Virus record (IMG/VR): IMGVR_UViG_3300011423_000016
Coordinates: 1 to 40,387 of that record
Source of the DNA: a virus
Taxonomy: Duplodnaviria > Caudoviricetes
Direction: 5' to 3' (one strand)
DNA: 40,387 bases
Part shown: positions 36,135 to 40,387 of the stretch, piece by piece
How positions within the stretch are numbered: the stretch's first letter is position 1
Layout of the letters: each line of letters starts with the position of its first letter
Translations under genes and position numbers: made by a program
The notes under the pieces: model-generated
Seen by the model: only the letters and a program-made list of their open reading frames with translations
Told to the model about the DNA's origin: nothing
The model's database searches: none

Positions 36135-37470
36135 TGTCTGGTTCCTTGTAAACATTACTCATCGCCGTGGCGAAGAACACGTCGTCGCTCTCGATTCCCA
36201 GTCCGGTACGCTTTAATAGTCGTGCCGCCACAAGAGACGAACCAGAACCGCAACAAGGATCGAGTACAAAATCACCGGGTAACGTGCTACATTCAATAAG
36301 ATAACGGAGGAGGTCGACAGGTTTTTCCGCCGCGTGGATACGTTCAGATCGCGACACACGCGAGTAGTCCAGTATATCGACCGGGCTAGAGATGAGACCT
36401 CGTTGACCCTTTGTCGCATAGATGAGAAGTTCATAGGTTCGCCTCGGACCCTTTCCTTGCCACGGTGCCATTCCTTCGGACGCACTCTTCCGCCAGATGA
36501 CGGGCGTTCGGAACGGCGTCCAGCCGGCGCGCTTGCACATGTCTCGAAGTTCAAAAAACATGTCGATGTCGCAGAACATCCACAGATTCGCCATCGGCTT
36601 CGCTACTCTGAAACCTTCGGTGATGATCGTTTGCGCGATTGTGCGGGCGTTTTCGGGGGTATCTTCATAGTTATGGTGATGGACACTTCGCTGTCGGAAT
36701 CCTCCGCCATCAGCGCCGATGCCGAAAGGAGGGTCCGCAAGGATAAGGTCGGCAGTATCCCTAGAGAGAGTTTGAAGAATCTTGAGGCAGTCTCCATGTC
36801 GCAATTCGATGTCAGGGATACCTCCAACGGCGGCGAGTCGGCGTCGTGCGAGTGTGGCATTTATGCGTTCCTCTTCGCCTTTGAGTATAAGGTTATACGC
36901 TTCGGTTTCATTCCGAGCCTTTGCGATAGTAGGGTTGTTAAGGTTCTCGGTGATAGCCGTCGCTCGTTGTATTCGTTGAGCCAGCGCATGAGCTGACGTG
37001 TTGGTCTCAACCACCTTCTCGTCGATAAGTTGTTGAGCAGTTGCAAGGCGACTCTGAGACGGATTTTCCTCAAGTCGTAGTCGATGTATTTCAGCGAGCG
37101 CTTCGGCTTCGTCTTGCCACGGCAGCGCTTCACGGATTTTGTTCTCGTCGAACTCAACCTGTTTAAGGTCGGCCCTTGTGAGATTCTGTTGCAACGTAAG
37201 GATCGGAATCTGGCCACGCGGAACTAGCTCCCCATTGTGGTAGAATTGAACGCCCTTTTCGTGTAGCCGCTTCATGACAGTCGTGCGGCGCTCGCCAACA
37301 ATCAACTGCCAGATGGTTCCGTTCTGGCCGTCGATCTCACGATACGTCGGAGGATGTATGAGACCACGTTGACGTATTGATTCCTCCAGATCAGCGAGGG
37401 GCGCAGTCTCTAACCGCTTGCGCTGGCGCGGACCGATTGTGATGAGAGTGATGTCGATGTATTGCGTCAC
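36094..37470 (-). CDS. ParB-like domain fused to an amino (N6A/N4C) DNA methyltransferase
   Basis: ParB: LEESIRQRGLIHP, LIVGERR, EFDENKIR; MTase in beta order: LILADPPF, HAAEKPVDL, VLDPCCGSG. Confidence 0.88.
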   Translation of the reverse strand: MTQYIDITLITIGPRQRKRLETAPLADLEESIRQRGLIHPPTYREIDGQNGTIWQLIVGERRTTVMKRLHEKGVQFYHNGELVPRGQIPILTLQQNLTRADLKQVEFDENKIREALPWQDEAEALAEIHRLRLEENPSQSRLATAQQLIDEKVVETNTSAHALAQRIQRATAITENLNNPTIAKARNETEAYNLILKGEEERINATLARRRLAAVGGIPDIELRHGDCLKILQTLSRDTADLILADPPFGIGADGGGFRQRSVHHHNYEDTPENARTIAQTIITEGFRVAKPMANLWMFCDIDMFFELRDMCKRAGWTPFRTPVIWRKSASEGMAPWQGKGPRRTYELLIYATKGQRGLISSPVDILDYSRVSRSERIHAAEKPVDLLRYLIECSTLPGDFVLDPCCGSGSSLVAARLLKRTGLGIESDDVFFATAMSNVYKEPDSDSADTETLSALA

Positions 37471-37481
37471 GGTGTTCCCCC

Positions 37482-37512
37482 AAAAAATGGAGGTGGCATT
37501 AGCGCCACCTCC
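37482..37512 (-). terminator. Rho-independent terminator after the SSB-like gene
   Basis: On - strand GGAGGTGGC-GCTAAT-GCCACCTCC-ATTTTTT. Confidence 0.8.
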
Positions 37513-37524
37513 CCACGTAGTTGG

Positions 37525-37998
37525 TTACGAGATCTTCGCGTAGCGCGTGATGTTCGTGTACTTCTTCTCCGGGTCCTTTTTGTCGCTCGTGGTCTTAATC
37601 ACGATCCGAACTGGCCCCATGTTGCGAAGCATCGAGGGCGACCACGGAACGCTAGGGTTGTTCTGATTGAGGGCTTGACGGAGTTGGCCGAGGCGGACGT
37701 TTTTGTCCATCCCGGTGTCCAGTTTGCCTTCGGCGTTCATGTCGAGCCAATAGGTCTCGCGATGCGTGATCGACTCACGACCGAGTTTGGCCTTGAGCGC
37801 ATCGTCGTTAATGACGAATGGTACTTCGAGAACGGGCCTATCGCCAGTCTTGGTCGTCACGGTACGAAAGGCAGTCGAATCGAAATCGCCAATCATGGCG
37901 GTGTATTCGCCCTCGGGAACGCCGCTGAGGTTCGTTGCCATTGGGGCATCGACCGTCATGTTCATGAAGGCATCGGCGTCGAAAGTTGTATCAGTCAT
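37525..37998 (-). CDS. Putative single-stranded DNA-binding protein (DUF669-like)
   Basis: VPEGEYTAMI start of an OB-like fold; follows the Sak4-like ATPase; AAGGA RBS and downstream terminator. Confidence 0.65.
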   Translation of the reverse strand: MTDTTFDADAFMNMTVDAPMATNLSGVPEGEYTAMIGDFDSTAFRTVTTKTGDRPVLEVPFVINDDALKAKLGRESITHRETYWLDMNAEGKLDTGMDKNVRLGQLRQALNQNNPSVPWSPSMLRNMGPVRIVIKTTSDKKDPEKKYTNITRYAKIS

Positions 37999-38025
37999 TG
38001 TAGTGGTTCCTTGTTGAGTTGCGAG

Positions 38026-38895
38026 TTACGAGGTTGGTGTAGTCACCAGCGCCTTACGTGCATTATGGCCGTCGACTACTGGCTTGAAGTTGGCCGATAG
38101 AATTGCTGCTACCGGCAAGACGCGGTTCTTGAGGTCCGCTGTGGAGTCGAGAGTAGACCAACGAAAGAACGGAGCTTCTGCTGTCCGCCTTGCGTAGACT
38201 ACCTCGCCAAAGAATCGGGGAATCTTGGGCGCCAACTTGCGTCCCAAGGTACTCGTCATGACGCGCTGGACGCCTGTGATTTCGTCCATTTCCTTTTCGA
38301 CATGGGCCGTGAGGATGAAGTAACATTTGCGGTCCGAGTTAATTTTCATCAACAATGCTTCGATAAAATTCATTGCGATGTTCCACTCGCCCGGCGCGCC
38401 GGTCGGCTTATTGCCCACAGTCAAATACCACGCTATAGTAGAGAGTCCAGATAGAGAATCAATAACAAGAGCGCAGTCGTCGCCCCAATTAGTGAAGCTC
38501 CCATAGCTACGTCCATCGCGTTCGCAGCGAAAGTCTTTGAGCGCGGAAAGGAAACGCTGTGCGGGTACTCGTGTCTTATCCTTTCCAATACCTTTGATCT
38601 TTGAGATACCCTCGAAGTCCAAACTCCCGATCTTCGATACCATTTCATCTAGCGCCTCCCAACCTTCCGTTGCTGGTAGTACACTCATCCAATGGAGATC
38701 CGTCATTGGGAGCTTCAGCTCCCGACAACGGTCGATAAGACTGTCGATGAAGCCGGGCTCCGTCCCGATGACGAACACCTTGATGCCGGACGCTAAGAGC
38801 GTCACGATAGAGGAAGTTTTCCCCGAGCCGCTGGCACCTTGAAGGAGTATTGATGGCGGTTGGAGGGTGATGGGAGTCGGTGTGACGGCGTCCAT
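38026..38895 (-). CDS. Sak4-like AAA ATPase / recombinase
   Basis: Walker A GASGSGKT, Walker B LVIDSLS, ILTAH, GRKLAPKIPRFF; TAATG coupling at 38895. Confidence 0.8.
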   Translation of the reverse strand: MDAVTPTPITLQPPSILLQGASGSGKTSSIVTLLASGIKVFVIGTEPGFIDSLIDRCRELKLPMTDLHWMSVLPATEGWEALDEMVSKIGSLDFEGISKIKGIGKDKTRVPAQRFLSALKDFRCERDGRSYGSFTNWGDDCALVIDSLSGLSTIAWYLTVGNKPTGAPGEWNIAMNFIEALLMKINSDRKCYFILTAHVEKEMDEITGVQRVMTSTLGRKLAPKIPRFFGEVVYARRTAEAPFFRWSTLDSTADLKNRVLPVAAILSANFKPVVDGHNARKALVTTPTS

Positions 38896-39908
38896 TATGC
38901 TGCCACCGGGTCGGATTTGGTTGGGTTCCACCGACGCACTTCCATGTTCTTGAGCCACGGATCGGGGTCATTCGATTGGCAGGCGGTCGAGAAGATGCAC
39001 GACCCGTAGTCCGTACACGATTCGGCAAAGTTATAGTCGAAGTATCCTTCATGCCACATCGTCGTGATGCGCCATAGGTCGCGACGGAGTTGTTCCAACC
39101 AGCGGGCGCGGAGATCGTCGGAGTACGGTTTGATGGCCTCCGCATGTGCGATGGAGTTGATGAGGATACCGACACCACGGACGGCACATGAGTCGGCCTC
39201 GATGCCGAGTTGCTTCGCCGCCCACGTGTAGCCTATGAACTGGCCGCGGAGGTCCCATTTCTCAGTCCATCCAGAATAGATTCCAGTACCTTGAGTTTTG
39301 TCGTCACACACAATGGGCATACCGAGGTACTCACCAAGCATATCGAAGCGCCCTGCGAACATGAACGGGTCGCCAGTCGTAGGGTGGAGGGGCCAATTAA
39401 GTTGGGCTCGAACAGCTTCGTCGTTGATGCCTTCTTCGAATGAGTTGGGGCGTCCATAATATTTGGGAGTCTTGGACGGTCCGATTGCGGGTTCGAGCGG
39501 GATGGCGAAGGTGAACTCGAGGGTAGGCTTTCCGTCGACCATGTAGGGTTGGATGTGGTCGGTGTGGGGCGTGTAGGTGGCGAAGTAGGACTCAACGGCG
39601 GCCCACACTCGGTCGGGTCGTTTGGTGGTCTTTTTGTGTTCGGGGATAACGAAGTCTCCCCAATAAATCTCAAAGGCTGCGTTGGCTCGGAGAAGAGCGT
39701 CAGCCAGCGATCGTCCATTGACGAATACCTCCCTGCGAACAACTTCAAGGCAGTGGGCAAATGCTCCGCCAGCGTGGAGGTCGATACTCAGTCCGGGCGG
39801 GCGGAGTCCGAGGATGAACTCATTATAGAACTTCCTCGGACAGCTTCGGAAGCAGGAAATCATCGTCGAGTCGATATATGTTGGGAGTATCGGTGTGAGC
39901 GTTGTCAT
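38895..39908 (-). CDS. Cas4/RecB-like PD-(D/E)xK exonuclease
   Basis: SCPRKFY, G.AFAH, GRFDM...DDKT, QFIGY, and C-terminal CTDYGSC.....C (candidate Fe-S ligands); ATG 39908. Confidence 0.82.
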   Translation of the reverse strand: MTTLTPILPTYIDSTMISCFRSCPRKFYNEFILGLRPPGLSIDLHAGGAFAHCLEVVRREVFVNGRSLADALLRANAAFEIYWGDFVIPEHKKTTKRPDRVWAAVESYFATYTPHTDHIQPYMVDGKPTLEFTFAIPLEPAIGPSKTPKYYGRPNSFEEGINDEAVRAQLNWPLHPTTGDPFMFAGRFDMLGEYLGMPIVCDDKTQGTGIYSGWTEKWDLRGQFIGYTWAAKQLGIEADSCAVRGVGILINSIAHAEAIKPYSDDLRARWLEQLRRDLWRITTMWHEGYFDYNFAESCTDYGSCIFSTACQSNDPDPWLKNMEVRRWNPTKSDPVAA

Positions 39909-40039
39909 GTTGCGTGTTTCCGCGTTGGTGGTTAGCGACGGTACTCGTCGCATCTGTGGACGATTTGCATTGCGATGTCGGCTGGCTGTTGTGCAGCGAT
40001 ACGACAGTGTTGGTCACGTAGCGAATCGCCGAAGGCGGT

Positions 40040-40146
40040 GGGGAGCGGAGATAGATGTGCGGTCGCGCTCCGCTCCCCGGAGTTAGCCGGAGGAGTCACC
40101 CGACTAACCCCAGAGGTGTCGGTGGGACTAGAGGCACCGACACCCC
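40040..40146 (-). ncRNA. Candidate small RNA made of three abutting hairpins with CU-rich loops (cuckoo/alpha-r14-like)
   Basis: Three 11-12-bp stems separated by 0-1 nt; mismatches become G-U pairs on the - strand. Confidence 0.45.
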
Positions 40147-40387
40147 ATTGGTGTATCTTCTGGCCGACGAACACCACGGCAAGAGCCGTGGCGAACAATA
40201 GTGCCGCCCCCGGTAGTGGCGTGGTGGCGACTAGCCATTGGTTGTCCACCATTAGTGACGCCGATACGAGTTGGGCGTAGCCACCGGAGTATCCCACGGA
40301 CATATAGGCGCTCCAATGTAGCGTTGAGTCGCCCGGCGCGATGGCGATGTAGCCCGTTCCGGACGGACCATATCCACACGGATGAGC

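Noticed and set aside
36094-37470. Restriction-modification or partitioning system
   Set aside because: No adjacent restriction endonuclease or ParA; it is an orphan fusion within the replication module.
38895-39908. CRISPR-Cas system suggested by the Cas4-like gene
   Set aside because: No repeat-spacer array or other cas genes; the context is a phage recombination module.
39932-40303. 123-aa minus-strand ORF and other short ORFs at the right end
   Set aside because: No convincing RBS or protein-like features; they run through the hairpin cluster.
40040-40387. CsrA/RsmA sponge RNA on the + strand (many GGA triplets)
   Set aside because: Most GGA triplets lie in stems, and G-U pairing in the main hairpins favours the - strand.

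Overview
The window is most or all of a tailed dsDNA phage genome with podovirus-like organisation, in two convergent arms. The + strand (347-32144) carries packaging genes (HTH TerS, PD-(D/E)xK nuclease, TerL, portal), scaffold, major capsid, decoration protein, adaptor and tail fibre. These are followed by a ~10 kb accessory fibre/enzyme cassette: a foldon-containing fibre, Ig/FN3/LamG proteins, a GH-A-like glycanase and a serralysin-like M10 zinc protease. The arm ends with small membrane proteins, the tail nozzle, ejection proteins and a 2164-aa polyvalent internal protein. The - strand (32134-39908) carries a DUF3987-type helicase-like protein and a family A DNA polymerase fused to a UDG-like domain and split into two genes by an inserted 63-aa ORF. 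It also carries a ParB-DNA methyltransferase fusion and an SSB / Sak4-like ATPase / Cas4-like exonuclease recombination module. Both ends are non-coding and rich in hairpins. No integrase, repressor, RNA polymerase, primase, tRNA, CRISPR array or recognisable endolysin was seen. An alphaproteobacterial host is a tentative inference. All family assignments come from motifs read by eye, not from database searches.
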